A stretch of 64,000 nt of DNA. Origin: Prorocentrum cordatum (Eukaryota). Position numbers and translations under genes: made by a program. Where the stretch lies: assembly GCA_963575745.1 (NCBI GenBank), contig CAUYUJ010000018.1, forward strand, positions 1 to 64,000. The letters are read 5' to 3'. This document shows positions 10,401-21,353 of this stretch, in pieces. The notes below the pieces were generated by a model. The model saw nothing but the letters and a program-made list of their open reading frames with translations. It did no database searches and was not told where the DNA came from. Position 1 is the first letter of the stretch. Every line of letters starts with the position of its first letter.

Positions 10401-13238
10401 GCCTGGCGGCGGGGTGGCTCCCGCTGCAGCGTCTGCAGGGGGAGGGGCCGCGGCCGCGGCAGGAACCTGCGCAGTGGAGGGCACGGGGGCGCCGAGGGTG
10501 GCGCCATCAACGTCCATTCCACTGGTCCCTCCAAGCCCGTCCTGCCCGGCCGCGTCGGTGGCGCTCGCTGCTGGCGCCGCCGGCGCCGCTGGGCTCACGC
10601 CAGGTGCCTGGGCAGCGAGCGTCGCGTGAACCAAAGCGTCCAAGGCCGCGCTGGCCTCTGCTGACAGTGCGTAGCTGGTGTGCCCGTGTCTGCGGGCGCT
10701 GGCGGCGTCCTGCACCCGGCTGCCTGGGAGCGGCACGCCTGGCCTCACGCCGCGCCGCCCGTGCTGCCACGGCTCGAAGGGCTGGCGCCGGCGGGCAGGA
10801 CTGCCAATCTGGAGCTCCGTGAGGAGGTCCTCCGCGGCACCGGCGTCCTGTTGCCACAGCTGCGCGATGCCCAACACCTCCAGCAGCCAAGCAACGATCA
10901 GCATCGCCCACTGCCACCTGATTGGGGGTTGCGGGCGCTGGGAAGCCGTGATGTGGGCCACCAGCCAATGCGCCAAGAGATCCGCATATCGGGCCGCTGG
11001 CGTGTCCGCGACTGGCTGAAGCGCGAGCCGGGCGGCCGCCCTGGCTGGGTCCACCAACGCCGACGGGAGAGGGCCTGGTGGAGCTGGTGGATCTCCGAGG
11101 TGCTGTAAACGCTCCCGGAAAGTACGGGGGTCACGAGGCGGGGCGGTAGGAGCTGGTGCTGCAGCTGCCGGCGGCGGCGCCGCCGCGGCTCGCCGGGTCG
11201 CCAGCGCAGGGCCCGAGGGAGGGCGCCGGGCGACCCACACAGGGCCATCGGCCAGCTCCACGTCCACGTGCAGGAATCCATCGAGTTGGTGAGCCGCGGC
11301 CCGGCCGTCAGCCTCGGCGGGGTGCACCACCGCGATCCACGCTGGCAACGTAGGCGTCCACGACAGCTCCTCCCCTGGTGCGCGGAGGCGCAGGCGGCTC
11401 CCCGCGGCGACGCGAACGAGGAGGAGCTCGCCGGGAAGCAGGTGGTCGCTCCAGCCATTGAGGCCCGAGACCCCGCCCTCCTGCCGGAAGGCGGCCCCCG
11501 CCCCCAAAGAGGAGTGGAGAGTCTGCGAAAAGTGGTCCTGGCATCCTAGCGGCAGCGGCGGGGGGCGGGAGGCCGGGCGGGTGGGCTCCGCTGGCACCCA
11601 GAGGCGCGCGTGCACCACGGTCCCGAGGAAGAGCATGCGCGTCCAGACGTCTGCCCAACTGTCCGCATCTGCCTGGCCGCCCGACGGCCATGGGCCCGTC
11701 CGGAACTCCAGCAGCCGGGGCACCGCCGGACCAAGAGCGGCTCCCGAGGGTTCGAGGGGCGTCCTCTGTGCCACCTGCGAGAAAGTGGTGGAGCGCCCTC
11801 CAGCCGCGGCGCCTGGGCGCGACGCGGCCGCCAAGAGCTGGCGAATCGCGTCAGGCGTGCGCGGGGCGCGGTGACCTTGCGTCCGAATGCGGGTCGATCC
11901 AAAAGGAAACGCCCGGCAAGGCACCCCGGCAACCGTCACTTGGCCGCTGCTCCCCACCTGGATGCGCATGCGGTCGGCCGCAGGCGCCGCGACCCGAACA
12001 AGGCTCATGTTGTCGAACCTGTCGGTGGATGGGTCCAGGGCGTTGACTGTCGAGACGTGGACGGGGTGCGCCAGTAGGTCCTGCAGGCGGCGCGCGACGT
12101 CCCCGTCGGAGACCTGGTTTCTGGTGACCACCAGCCAGAGAAGATCATGGCCTGCCGTCGGCCCCGTAGTGGAGAGGAACCCCCGCGGCCTGTGGGCGTC
12201 ACCAGCCCAGAGGATGCGGCTGGCCGGCGCGGCCGGGGAAATCCACTGGTCAAGCTGTGCCGCACGGACCACGCCCTCCGTGACTGCTGGGAGGAGGTCC
12301 AGCAGTAACAGCCCATCGATCCGCGCTGCGACGCGGCCACCCATCTGGAGAGCGGGCTCCTCCGCTGCGGCCACCGCTGCTGGGATGCTGCCGCGGGCCA
12401 TCGGGATGTGCACGGCATGGTGCGTATCTCGATCCCGCCACCAAGTCAAGGTGAAGCCCTGGTGCTGGATGGCTGCGAGAGCACTTCCCAAAGTTGCGAT
12501 GTCTGGGGCCGCTGGCGCTGACGTGACACGGATTGCGTGGTAAAGGAGTGGCGCCACGTGGGACCCCGCCTGGTGTGGATCGCTTCCGGGTCTGAGGGAT
12601 TCGGTGGCCCACTCCATACTCAGGCCACGCGCCCTGGTCGCAGCCTGGAAGCGAAGGAGGGCCGCGTGCACGTGCGGGTCCAGGCCTTCGTGGAGTAGGA
12701 TGTGCAGGCATTCGCTGGCCAGCTCGGCCGCTCCGGCCCAAGTCACGATCGTCTCCACAGGAGGGCGGGCTGGCTCGGGGCGCAAGGGCACCTGGAGGGC
12801 GAAGCACTGCACGGCGCGGCCGCGATCTGTCAGCGGCTGTCCGACCGCTGTCAAATGGGCTGCCATCGCGAGGTTCCGGGCTCCCCACTCGGCATGCGCC
12901 AGAAGACACAAGTCCGTGCCCGTTGCTACGCCCGGCGAGGCAGTCCGCCGGCAAGCGATAGCGAGGATGTCCACCGCTCGGTCGGCAGCGGCCAGCGCGG
13001 CCCGCAGAGCCTGGAGGCCGTCGTGGCGTAATCCTATGGCCAGCAACACCGGGGGGAGGTCGTCGGCTGCCGCGCTGTCGGAGCTCGGCAGACCAGCTGC
13101 GGCAGCGTAGTATGCGTCCCTGCCGTCCTCCAGGCATGGTACGTCGAGGGCGTCCCCGTCCCGCGTGCCCACGAGCGCGTGGGTGCCCGCAGCCACGACC
13201 ATGTAGGGGCTGACCTCCTGCACTGCTACTCGTACCAC
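7494..13238 (-). CDS. LINE ORF1, C-terminal part: possible RRM-like region, Pro/Ala/Thr linker and C-terminal C5 DNA cytosine methyltransferase-like domain (about 7830-8930)
   Basis: Dnmt motifs in correct order: I LSLFDSLG, II FAEAD, III GDIWDL, IV IAGTPPQQL, GLCGDDSYLFW, VI VVESA, VIII DSRAWAPFPRRRLYLSTLP, IX PAERAAATG, X VGSHLDV. Same frame as the upstream 2693-aa ORF. Confidence 0.88.
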   Translation of the reverse strand: MVRVAVQEVSPYMVVAAGTHALVGTRDGDALDVPCLEDGRDAYYAAAAGLPSSDSAAADDLPPVLLAIGLRHDGLQALRAALAAADRAVDILAIACRRTASPGVATGTDLCLLAHAEWGARNLAMAAHLTAVGQPLTDRGRAVQCFALQVPLRPEPARPPVETIVTWAGAAELASECLHILLHEGLDPHVHAALLRFQAATRARGLSMEWATESLRPGSDPHQAGSHVAPLLYHAIRVTSAPAAPDIATLGSALAAIQHQGFTLTWWRDRDTHHAVHIPMARGSIPAAVAAAEEPALQMGGRVAARIDGLLLLDLLPAVTEGVVRAAQLDQWISPAAPASRILWAGDAHRPRGFLSTTGPTAGHDLLWLVVTRNQVSDGDVARRLQDLLAHPVHVSTVNALDPSTDRFDNMSLVRVAAPAADRMRIQVGSSGQVTVAGVPCRAFPFGSTRIRTQGHRAPRTPDAIRQLLAAASRPGAAAGGRSTTFSQVAQRTPLEPSGAALGPAVPRLLEFRTGPWPSGGQADADSWADVWTRMLFLGTVVHARLWVPAEPTRPASRPPPLPLGCQDHFSQTLHSSLGAGAAFRQEGGVSGLNGWSDHLLPGELLLVRVAAGSRLRLRAPGEELSWTPTLPAWIAVVHPAEADGRAAAHQLDGFLHVDVELADGPVWVARRPPSGPALATRRAAAAPPPAAAAPAPTAPPRDPRTFRERLQHLGDPPAPPGPLPSALVDPARAAARLALQPVADTPAARYADLLAHWLVAHITASQRPQPPIRWQWAMLIVAWLLEVLGIAQLWQQDAGAAEDLLTELQIGSPARRRQPFEPWQHGRRGVRPGVPLPGSRVQDAASARRHGHTSYALSAEASAALDALVHATLAAQAPGVSPAAPAAPAASATDAAGQDGLGGTSGMDVDGATLGAPVPSTAQVPAAAAAPPPADAAAGATPPPGGGYLNGRPQHGLVQAAALASSAGTAPPAAPATGSLSGPSGALALPTGAAAPAPVLPVSPVAPAPAAVAAPRAGPASAEAPPTLPPQGRPQLFAPGQTAPLRLGEEHPGQLAHQGGARALHLGAVADLSGDGQALSSDRNGGGGSGQTAAPTTMQAAAPTSAPAPAAAPTSAPAASPTSTAAPTVAPDLAAPPTAAAPALGRAVAPTSTSAPVSAPTPAPAAAPASAPAPTRTTAPAPAATLTPAPAPAPPSPAALTSARTPTETPTSAPVALTSVPAALTSVPAAPTSVPAAPTSVPAAPTSVPAAPTSVPAAPTSAPVAPTPAATPAPVPPASTSRNPVRSTPGTPAAPAAAAPGAPPSSGDRADGAVATAPLGSRGRDRGRGHGASGAGARAAARRRGSAGPAPRLAGVRRRSPVPAEPGLEDVAHGAWPPLPRRMRVRQAGAETAAPGHDRDPTGPGDPAFQSWAGFLDQPAVQAAAPSDTAAALPAQPVCLLSLFDSLGMTRVALDGLLRDFRHPGLAQSGFAEADATLAAAVERSWATQARLTGTTPHVKLAGDIWDLFRGADPPLARFGRGFPPGSLVLVIAGTPPQQLHAAGPHQGRQGLCGDDSYLFWTIPLVVWSLQGLRPDCHVHAVVESAATTHPLHRAAMTRALGDLDDGGHVLVVDSRAWAPFPRRRLYLSTLPIVLDPSFTPVRRPAPWEGGFAPHWDDGGTAPMTRSTGLGDQIRHSTPQYHPRTMLYAADAPWRQLTLNDVAARFRRILPRHLLPAFGLVLGGRSLENNLEAQRFACWVETHGAAHGVRMPSPAERAAATGHGPYLAGLGLEARQLFDAVGSHLDVTALQVRLRGPLRDWLQGRTGHPRAYHAPAALLSQYRRLAADVDGLPGPPRPTREWPVPLDLVGDMLGARRPAQRLAGPDAEHPQDGPASAPAAAPAVPAAAGLPASSAAHAAAAHPPAAEDGRRAQ

Positions 13239-13271
13239 TTCCGGTGGGAGGCGGGTTCGGCCTTCGCCCGG

Positions 13272-16200
13272 TCAGGTAAGGCTGGTCAGCCTCATCAGCA
13301 AGCGGGCCCATGCCCCCGACGTGACCAGGGGCGCCTCGCCGCCAGGGCACGGGGATGGTTGTGTCGGCGCCGTGGCCGAAGCGGACGGCGGGCCAGGCGG
13401 GGGAGAGCCTGGCGGCGGCGCGGCTCCTCGGGGGGCTGCAGGTACTGGTACTGAAGTCGGTGCTACTGCTGGAGTCGGAGCTACTGGTCCTGACGTCGGT
13501 GCTGCTGTTGCTGGCGTCGGTGCTACTGGAACTGACGTCGGTCCTACTGGCACTGACGTTAGTGCTGCTGCTGCAGTCGGAGCTACTGGTACTGCCGCCG
13601 GTGCTGCTGGTACTGCCGTCGATGCTTCTGGTCCTGACGTCGGTGCTTCTGGTGCTGGCGCCGGTGCTGCTGGGAGGAACGTCGGTGCTACTGGTACTGA
13701 CGTCGATGCTGCTGCTGGAGTCGGAGCTACTGGTACTACCGTCGGTGCTGCTGGTAGGGACGTCGGTGCTGCTGGTACGGGCGTCGGTGCTGCTGGTACT
13801 GACGTCGATGCTGCTGCTGGAGTCTGAGCTACTGGTACTGACGCCAGTGCTGCTGGTACTGCCGTCGGTGCTTCTGGTGCTGACGTCGGAGCTACTGGTA
13901 CTGACGTCGGTGCTGCTGGAGCTGACGTCGGTGCTACTGGTAATGCCGTCGGTGCTACTGGAACTGCCGTCGGCGCTGCTGCTGTAGGCGGAGCTACCGG
14001 TACTGACATCGGTGCTGCTGGTACTAACGTCGGTGCTAGTGGTACTGACGCCGGTGCTGCTGGTACTGACGCAGGTGCTGCTGGTACTGCCGCCAGTGCT
14101 GCCGGTACTGACGTCGTTGCTGCGGCCGGAGTCCGAGCTACTGGTACTGACGCTGGCGCTGCTGGTAGGGACGTGGGTGCTGCTGGTAAGGACGTCGGTG
14201 CTGCTGGTACAGACGTCGGCGCTGCTGCTGGAGTCGGAGCTAATGGTACGGACGTCGATGCTGCTGGTACTGACGCCGGTGCTACTGATACTGACGTCTG
14301 TGCTACTGGCACTGACGTCGGTGCTACTGGCACTGTCGTCGGTGCTGCTGCTAGAGTCGGAGCTGATGCCATTGCTGCTGTTGACGTCGCCGCTGGTGCT
14401 GTCGTCTGTGCTGTTGCTGGTGCGGGCGCTGCCGTCGGAGCTGGTGCTTGCGTCGGTGCCGCTGTTGACGTCGGTGCTGCTGCTGGAGATGGAGCTGACG
14501 TCAGTACTGCAGCTGACGTCGGTGCTGCTGCTGGTGCTGGCGTCGGTGCTGAAGCCGGTGCCGACGCTGACGTCGGTGCTTGTGCGCGTCCTAGCGCCGG
14601 TGCTGCTGTTGACGTCGGTGCTGCAGCTAGGTCTTGAGCTGGCGTCGGTGCTGCTGTGGACGTCGGTGATGCTGCTGGTGCGGACGCCGGTGCTGCTGCC
14701 GGTACTAGCGCTGACGTCGGGGTTGCTGCTGCTGGTATGGCCGTCGGTGCGGCTGTTGAGGTCAGTGCTGCTGCTGTTGATGCTGTCGGCTGCGACGCTG
14801 TTCCTGCGGGCGTGGGCCTCGATGCTGTCGCCGGGCGCGCCCCCTGCTGGTAGCCCTCGATGGCGGCGAAATCGTTGCCTGCCGCCAGACTTTGCGATGG
14901 GGCTTGGCCCGGCTCTGCCGCGCGATCGGAGGCCGCGGAGGCCGGTGGGCCCTCAGGGGCGCCGCCGACAAGGCCTGGCCGAGACGGCCTCGTGCCACCT
15001 TGCTCCACGTCTCTGAGGGCCGCGGCGGCGGCAGGCGATGCAGCAGCTGTCCCCGGTTCGGGGCCCGTCGGGATTGCTGGCGCCACACTGTCGGTGGCCG
15101 TGATGCCGTCGCCGCCCAGGTCTGCTACTAGCGCTGGCTCCGACGCCGGACCTCTGGACCCCTGGGCCGTCGGATGCGCGCCAGGCAGGCGGTCGTCCAT
15201 GGAGTCGCCGGACGATCTGCCTGCCGCTACGGGGGAGGTCTCCAGGCCGCTCGTCGCCGCCTGGTCGTGGTCGTTGCTCGACTCCGCGGCTGCTGCACGC
15301 TGGGCGACGCCGCCCTGACCTGCCTCGTTCGCAACTGCCCGAGATTCGGGGAATGCCAGCCCATCCTCGTCGCGGGCGGCTGAGGGTTCCGGCTGTGATG
15401 CTGCCGCGTCTGGCATCGGCGGGTCGCCGTCAAGCTCAGCCCATGGCAAACGGCAGGCGGGGCAATACACAGGGAACCATTCGTGCGGTCGGACGCGCGG
15501 CGGCGGTGGAACGCCTGCTCGCTGCCTCCGCCACTCCTGCATGCAAGCGGCGTGCATGCGGTGCCCGCACCCCGGCCATCTCGTACCATCGCCGTCGCCA
15601 AAGGGCTCCAGGCAGACCGTGCAGTGCTCGTTCCCTCGCGCCAGGCTTGTGCCCGCCTCTTCGCTGGTGGAAGCTTGGTGCCGCCGTAGGGCGGTTTGCC
15701 CCGCCGACAGAGCCGTGAATAAGTCGAGATCGAGATACGTCGTCTGAAGCAACTCCGCGATCTGGCCAGGGCACAGCGGGTCGTAGGGCTCGACCTGGAT
15801 CCGCGAGACCGCGCTCAACATTCGCGCGAGCCCGGCTGGGGTGAAGCACCCTTGCTCGGCGAACCACTCCGCCAGATCCCGGAAGGGCTGGGCGTTGGTC
15901 GCCGACCGCACGAGGGCCGGGAGGAGCTGCTGGGACAAGTGGCACGGCAAGGTTACCCAAATGGCCTGCGCGAGCCAAGAGGCTATGTCGGTGGTGCCTC
16001 GCGCCAGCAAGGGGGCCTCGCCTGCCTCACCAGATAGGAGTCTGGTGATTTCGGCCGCCCTCGCGTTGTCCACCGAGGCGTCCGTGAGCATCTGGCTGCG
16101 CGCCCGAGCCGCTGCCGGGTTAGGCTCTTGGACCTGCATCTCTGGCGGAAGCTGCCGGAGCTCGGCGTCGTTCAGGGCGTCCTCGTCCGAGTCGGAATCG

Positions 16201-19200
16201 ATTGCCAACACCTGCGGACCTCCCCAAGCCCCATCAGTGAGCCGCTCATCTCCGTCCGCTGCGACATCCGTGACGTCGATAGGCCGCAGCTCCCGGCGCG
16301 TCTGCACCAATGGCCGCTGAAAGTCCGGAGGGGCTGGCAGGGCCGCGTGGGCTCCATGGGCCTCGCGCCGCAAGTCGGAAGCTGGATGGAACGCCTCCAT
16401 CATGGCGAGGTCGCCCGCGCGGGCTTCGGCCATCACGATCTCCTGCAGCACGTCGGGGATGTAAGCGCCTGGGTGGTCGGGGGCCCTGACAGGCCGACGT
16501 TCGCCCTGGTAGGTCGCCCACGGGCCGTGCAAGGCCGCTAGAGCGCAGAGCACGCGGTGCGCGGAGACCAAGTTGTCCACCCCCCTTTGGTTCCACCAAG
16601 CGCGCACTCGTCGTACGCCATCCGTGCCCATGTCCATCTCCCTGCATTGGTGCACCAAGATCTGGAAATCGTCCTCGTGGACCGTGCCCCAGATGAGGGG
16701 GTTCGTGAGGCTGCTCCACGTGAAATCTGGCCGGACCGCTCCAGCCCGCCGGATGGAGGCGACGGTGGTGCGTAGCCCGTCGAACCACCACTGCACTGCA
16801 GGCGCGGTGGCCCGGCCGGGTGGTCGCCTGGAGGAGCGAGGCGGCTCCTGCCGCTGGGCTGCGGGCTGCTCATCTGAGCCGGAACGGGCAATGTCGAAGA
16901 GGCTGGCCACCAAGGCGGCTCCTCCTGGCGCGGCGGCGCTGCTGCTCCCGAGGCTGAGCTCGGCCAGCCGAGCCGGGGGCAGGAGGGGGACTGGTCGCGC
17001 CGCTCCGTTAGGATGGGGCTCGGCCTCGTCCACGCTGGCTGCAGCCCCTGCCGGGCGTGCCCGTGCAGCGGGTCCGTCCGGTATCGCTGGCGTGGCTAGG
17101 CGCTGGAGCAGGCGCCAGCTCGTACTGCTCGCGCCTGCGCGCGGGGGCACTGGGAGCAGGACCTCCGCGAGGCGCGAATCCCTGGTGCCGTCACCACGGT
17201 GCTCGGGTGGAGCGCCGTCGGCGTCGGCGGGTCTGGCGCCGCTGCCACCTGCGAAGGCAAGCAGAGTAGCTGGCGGGCCCTGCTCTTGCGGGCTGGCGGG
17301 GCGGCCAGCACCAATCGCCCGAGCCCCAGGGAGTCTCGAAACTGAATGGCCTTCCTCCTCGAGCTGCTCGCCCTCCCTCCTCAATTCGACTTCCGCCGCC
17401 TCCTCCTCCTCCTCCTCCTCCGGCGCCTCCTCTTCCTCCTCGGCCCGGAATGCTCTCGGCGAGGCGCTCTGAGGCTCCCTCTCCACAACGGGAGGGCTCA
17501 TCTCTTCGGCAGCGGCGGCGGAGCTTCCATTCGCGGCGGGGCTTCTTCCATTCGCGGCAGGGACGCTCTCAGCTTCATCAGTCCGTGCGTCCTCCTGGTC
17601 GTACTGCCCTCCTCTCACGCCGCCGCCTCCTCCGCCTCCGCCTCCGCCTCCTCCTCCTCCTCCCACTCCTCCTCCTCCTCCTTCTTCTCTTGTTCTCTGG
17701 GCTGGCGGCGGGCCGCGGCCGTGCTGGCCACAGCCGTGGCGGTGCAAGTGGTCTCGGGGGTGCCGTGTGGGCTCCTCGCGCGCGTCGTCAGCCGCTCCGG
17801 CGTCGCCGGCAGGGTGGCCTGGCGGGGCAGAGGAGGCGCGACGAGTCGGCGCCTGCGCTGCGGCGGGCGCAGCAGAAGCCCCGCCGGGCCGCGCGTGGCC
17901 CTCCGCTGCGGGAGGGCGTACCAGCACAGTCGTCGGGCGCGGAGGGCTGGCGCGCGTCACCTCCTGCTCTGGGCGGTCACGGTCCGTTGCTTGTGGGCTG
18001 CTGGCCGCTGAAGCGGCCTCCGCGGCGGCGGGCATGCCTCCGCGCAGGCGCGAGACCAGGTCCAATGTCGACCCCTTCTGGATGCCGTAATCCGACACCA
18101 TGTCGCCATCTTGCAGTTGCTTCCCAGCGAAGATTAAGCGCTGCTTGGCGAGATGGGCGCCCCGTCTGCCCCGAATCAGGGCCCGTATGTGGCCGACCGT
18201 AGTGCTGCTCCAAATGCTGAGGGTGAGGGTGCCCTTCGGAGTCGTCACGAAGACCTCCATGTCGCCGGGGTTGAGTCTTCCACGGTGGTGCGTACCGCTG
18301 CGCATGGCCGTCGCGCAGGTCGGATCGGGGATGGCGTGCGAGTCGTGATGACGCTGCTGGCTGCCGTGTTGCTGCGGACTGCCGTCGCTATGCTCCTCGC
18401 GTGCGCTGCAGCAATTCTTCTCCAAGCTTCTGCGCACGAACTCGCGCTCCGGCGCGATAGTGAATGGGTAGCTGCGCTCGGAGAGGCTGTCCAGCAAGCG
18501 ATCCGTGCGACTGGGGCCGTGAAGATCGAGGCGCAGAATGGCACGCGGCAGCGACCAGTCCGCGCCGACGGGAGCTGCCAGCCTCACACGGTCGCCCAAG
18601 CTTCTGCCCCTGATGATGGTACGACCAGAGGCATTGGTGATGCTCTGGGCCTCGGTGTGGGAGATGCTGGCGCTGGTGATGCTGGCGTGGATGTTGGAAT
18701 CGGTGCAAACATCGCTGCTGCTGGCTTTGGTGCAGGAAACGGTGCTGGTGCCGGTCCCGACGTCGATGCCGCAGGCGTCTGCGCCGGATTCGAACCCGGC
18801 GTCATTGTCGAAGGCGTCGGAGCCTGAGTCGGTGCCGGAGTTGGTGCCAGAGCCAGTGCTGGCGTCGATGCTGCTGGTGTCGGTGCCAGAGCCGGTGCAG
18901 GTCTCGATGCTGCTGGCAGCGGTGCCGAACTTGGGGCTGGCGTCGGTGCCAGCGTCGATGATGCTGGCGTCGGTGCCGGTGTCGGGGCCTGCTTCTCTGC
19001 CGGCGTCGCTGCCGCGCGGTGCCGGCGCCGGTGTCGGCGTCGATGCTGCTGGCGCCGGTGCTGGCTTCGGAGCTGCTGGCGTCGGTGCCGCTGGTGTCGG
19101 TGCCGGAGTCGCTGCCAGCACCAGTGCCGGCGTCGATGCTGCTGGCGTCGATGCAACAACCGCTGCAATCGCCGATGCGGCTGGGGTCGTCGGTGGCGTC

Positions 19201-21353
19201 GGAGTCGGTGCCGGCGTCGTTGCTGGCGTCGATGTTGGCAGCGTCGGTGCCAGACTCGGTGCTAAGATCGGTGCCGGTGTCGGTCCCAGGGTTGTAGCTG
19301 GCGTCGGTGCTGGAGTCGGTGCCGGCGTCGATGCTGCTGGCGTCGGTGCTGGCGCCGGAGCTGCTGGCGTCGGTGCCGTTGCTGGTGCCGGGGCCGCTGC
19401 CAGCACCGGTGCCGGCGTCGATACTGCTGGCGTCGATGCCGCAGTCGTGGCCGTCGCCGATGCGGCTGGCATCGTCGGTGGAGTCGGAGTCGGTGCCGGC
19501 GTCGTTGCTGGCGTCGATGTTGCTGGCGTCGGGGCCAGACTCGGTGCTAAGATCCGTGCCGGTGCCGGTCCCAAGGTGGCTGCTGGTGGCGTCGGTGCCG
19601 GAATCGGTGCCGGCGTCGGTGCTGGCGCGTCGACGCTGCCAGCCTCGGTGCCGGCCTCTATGCTGCTGTCGTCTGTGCCGGAGTCAGCGCCAGTGTCGAC
19701 GGAGCTGGCGTTGGCGACGGAATCGGTGCCAGCGTCGATCCTGCTGGCGTCGGCGCAGGAGTCGGTGCCAACGTCTGTGCTGGCGTCGGCGTCAGAGTCC
19801 CTCTTGGCGTCGATGCCGCTGGCGCCAGTACCAGACCAGGCGTCGGTGCTGGCGTCGATGCTGCTGGCCAGCGCGGACAGAATATCGCAGCCAGACGGCA
19901 CCTGGCGGTCGTCGTACAAGTCCTGCCCGTCGCGAGCATCGTGCCTCGCACCGTCGCTAAAGCTCTTTCTGGTGGTACGGCCAGAGGCGTCGGTGATGCT
20001 GTGGGCACTGGTGTGGGAGGTGCTGGCGCCTGTGATGCTGGCGTCGATGTTGGAATCGGTGCAACCATCGATGCTGCTGACATCGGTGCTGGAATCGGTA
20101 CTGGTGCCGGTGCCGACGCCGATGCCGCTGGCGTCTATGCCGGATCCGAACCTGGCGTCAATGCCGATGGCGCCGGTGCCAAAGTCAGTGCTAGAGTTGG
20201 TGCCAGAGTCAGTGCTGGCGTCGATGCTGCTGGTGTCGGTGCCAGAGTCGGTGCAGGTCACGGAACTGCTGGCGTCGGTGCCGTAATTGAGTCTGGCGTC
20301 GGTGCCAGCGTCGATGATGCTGGCGTCGGTGCCGGTGTCGGGGCCTGCGTCGGTGCTGGCGTCGCTGCTGCTGGCGTCGGTGCCAGCGTCGGTGTCGGCG
20401 TCGATGCTGCTGGTGTCGGTGCTGGCTTCGGAGCTGCTGGCGTCGGTGCCGCCGGTGTCAGTGCCGGAGCCGCTGCCAGCACCAGTGCCGGAGACGATGC
20501 TGCTGGCGTCGATGCAACAGCCGCTGCCGTCGCCGATGCGGCTGGGGTCGTCGGTGGCGTCGGAGTCGGTGCCGGCGTCGTTGCTGGCGTCGATGTTGGC
20601 AGCGTCGGTGCCAGCCTCGGTGCTAAGATCGGTGCCGGTGTCGGTCCCAGGGTTGTTGCTGGCGTCGGTGCCGGAGTCGGTGCCGGCGTCGGCGCCGGCG
20701 TCGATACTGGCAGCCTCGGTTCTGGCCTCGGTGCCGGCGTCGTTGCTGCTGTCGTCGGTGCTGAAGTCAGCGCCAGTGTCGATGGAGCTGGTGTTGGCGC
20801 CGGAAGTGGTGCCGGCGTCGATCCTGCTGGCGTCGGCGCAGGAGTCAATGCCAACGTCTGTACTGGCGTCGGTGCCGGGATCTCTGTTGGCGCCGATGCC
20901 GCTGGCGCCAATACCAGACCAGGCGTCGGTCCTGGCGTCGATGCTGCTGGCCCTCGCGGACAGTATAGCGCAGCCCGGCGGAACCTGACGGTCGTCGTAC
21001 AAGTCGAGCAAATCGTGAGCATCGTGCTCGATGCGGAAGCGATGAACCTGCGACGGCACGGAGATCAGGCCCAGCGCAACGGGGATCGCGCCCAGCACAA
21101 CAGAGTCGTGTTGTGAAAGTTTGTCGTCGCGCTGGGAGCGGTGGTGCTGCTGGCCACTGTCGACTCGGTCAAGTGGCCTATGCGAGATGCTGCTGAGCGG
21201 GTCTCCTTGGGCCTTGTGGTCGCCGCTGTCTCCCTGGCTGCTGTTCGGTTCACCGCGGTGCTCCGGGCCACCGCCGCGCGCGGCCGTCGTGCAGGTCGCC
21301 GTGCGAGTTGTGATTGCGCTGCTGGCTACTGTGCTCTTGTGAACTGCCGTCAC
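13272..21353 (-). CDS. LINE ORF1, middle part: low-complexity repeats, actin relics, ubiquitin domain (18036-18260), RING-H2 finger (about 15450-15625)
   Basis: MEVFVTT...[36 protein letters not shown] (ubiquitin); [19 protein letters not shown] (C3H2C3 RING); [27 protein letters not shown] (actin-like). Confidence 0.82.
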   Translation of the reverse strand: MTAVHKSTVASSAITTRTATCTTAARGGGPEHRGEPNSSQGDSGDHKAQGDPLSSISHRPLDRVDSGQQHHRSQRDDKLSQHDSVVLGAIPVALGLISVPSQVHRFRIEHDAHDLLDLYDDRQVPPGCAILSARASSIDARTDAWSGIGASGIGANRDPGTDASTDVGIDSCADASRIDAGTTSGANTSSIDTGADFSTDDSSNDAGTEARTEAASIDAGADAGTDSGTDASNNPGTDTGTDLSTEAGTDAANIDASNDAGTDSDATDDPSRIGDGSGCCIDASSIVSGTGAGSGSGTDTGGTDASSSEASTDTSSIDADTDAGTDASSSDASTDAGPDTGTDASIIDAGTDARLNYGTDASSSVTCTDSGTDTSSIDASTDSGTNSSTDFGTGAIGIDARFGSGIDASGIGVGTGTSTDSSTDVSSIDGCTDSNIDASITGASTSHTSAHSITDASGRTTRKSFSDGARHDARDGQDLYDDRQVPSGCDILSALASSIDASTDAWSGTGASGIDAKRDSDADASTDVGTDSCADASRIDAGTDSVANASSVDTGADSGTDDSSIEAGTEAGSVDAPAPTPAPIPAPTPPAATLGPAPARILAPSLAPTPATSTPATTPAPTPTPPTMPAASATATTAASTPAVSTPAPVLAAAPAPATAPTPAAPAPAPTPAASTPAPTPAPTPATTLGPTPAPILAPSLAPTLPTSTPATTPAPTPTPPTTPAASAIAAVVASTPAASTPALVLAATPAPTPAAPTPAAPKPAPAPAASTPTPAPAPRGSDAGREAGPDTGTDASIIDAGTDASPKFGTAASSIETCTGSGTDTSSIDASTGSGTNSGTDSGSDAFDNDAGFESGADACGIDVGTGTSTVSCTKASSSDVCTDSNIHASITSASISHTEAQSITNASGRTIIRGRSLGDRVRLAAPVGADWSLPRAILRLDLHGPSRTDRLLDSLSERSYPFTIAPEREFVRRSLEKNCCSAREEHSDGSPQQHGSQQRHHDSHAIPDPTCATAMRSGTHHRGRLNPGDMEVFVTTPKGTLTLSIWSSTTVGHIRALIRGRRGAHLAKQRLIFAGKQLQDGDMVSDYGIQKGSTLDLVSRLRGGMPAAAEAASAASSPQATDRDRPEQEVTRASPPRPTTVLVRPPAAEGHARPGGASAAPAAAQAPTRRASSAPPGHPAGDAGAADDAREEPTRHPRDHLHRHGCGQHGRGPPPAQRTREEGGGGGVGGGGGGGGGGGGGGGVRGGQYDQEDARTDEAESVPAANGRSPAANGSSAAAAEEMSPPVVEREPQSASPRAFRAEEEEEAPEEEEEEEAAEVELRREGEQLEEEGHSVSRLPGARAIGAGRPASPQEQGPPATLLAFAGGSGARPADADGAPPEHRGDGTRDSRLAEVLLPVPPRAGASSTSWRLLQRLATPAIPDGPAARARPAGAAASVDEAEPHPNGAARPVPLLPPARLAELSLGSSSAAAPGGAALVASLFDIARSGSDEQPAAQRQEPPRSSRRPPGRATAPAVQWWFDGLRTTVASIRRAGAVRPDFTWSSLTNPLIWGTVHEDDFQILVHQCREMDMGTDGVRRVRAWWNQRGVDNLVSAHRVLCALAALHGPWATYQGERRPVRAPDHPGAYIPDVLQEIVMAEARAGDLAMMEAFHPASDLRREAHGAHAALPAPPDFQRPLVQTRRELRPIDVTDVAADGDERLTDGAWGGPQVLAIDSDSDEDALNDAELRQLPPEMQVQEPNPAAARARSQMLTDASVDNARAAEITRLLSGEAGEAPLLARGTTDIASWLAQAIWVTLPCHLSQQLLPALVRSATNAQPFRDLAEWFAEQGCFTPAGLARMLSAVSRIQVEPYDPLCPGQIAELLQTTYLDLDLFTALSAGQTALRRHQASTSEEAGTSLARGNEHCTVCLEPFGDGDGTRWPGCGHRMHAACMQEWRRQRAGVPPPPRVRPHEWFPVYCPACRLPWAELDGDPPMPDAAASQPEPSAARDEDGLAFPESRAVANEAGQGGVAQRAAAAESSNDHDQAATSGLETSPVAAGRSSGDSMDDRLPGAHPTAQGSRGPASEPALVADLGGDGITATDSVAPAIPTGPEPGTAAASPAAAAALRDVEQGGTRPSRPGLVGGAPEGPPASAASDRAAEPGQAPSQSLAAGNDFAAIEGYQQGARPATASRPTPAGTASQPTASTAAALTSTAAPTAIPAAATPTSALVPAAAPASAPAASPTSTAAPTPAQDLAAAPTSTAAPALGRAQAPTSASAPASAPTPAPAAAPTSAAVLTSAPSPAAAPTSTAAPTQAPAPTAAPAPATAQTTAPAATSTAAMASAPTLAAAPTTVPVAPTSVPVAQTSVSVAPASVPAASTSVPLAPTPAAAPTSVPAAPTSLPAAPTSLPAAPASVPVARTPAAATTSVPAALAAVPAAPASVPAAPASVPLAPTLVPAAPMSVPVAPPTAAAPTAVPVAPTALPVAPTSAPAAPTSVPVAPTSAPEAPTAVPAALASVPVAQTPAAASTSVPAAPTPVPAAPTSLPAAPTVVPVAPTPAAASTSVPVAPTFLPAAPAPAPEAPTSGPEASTAVPAAPAAVPVAPTAAAALTSVPVGPTSVPVAPTPATAAPTSGPVAPTPAVAPTSVPVPAAPRGAAPPPGSPPPGPPSASATAPTQPSPCPGGEAPLVTSGAWARLLMRLTSLT

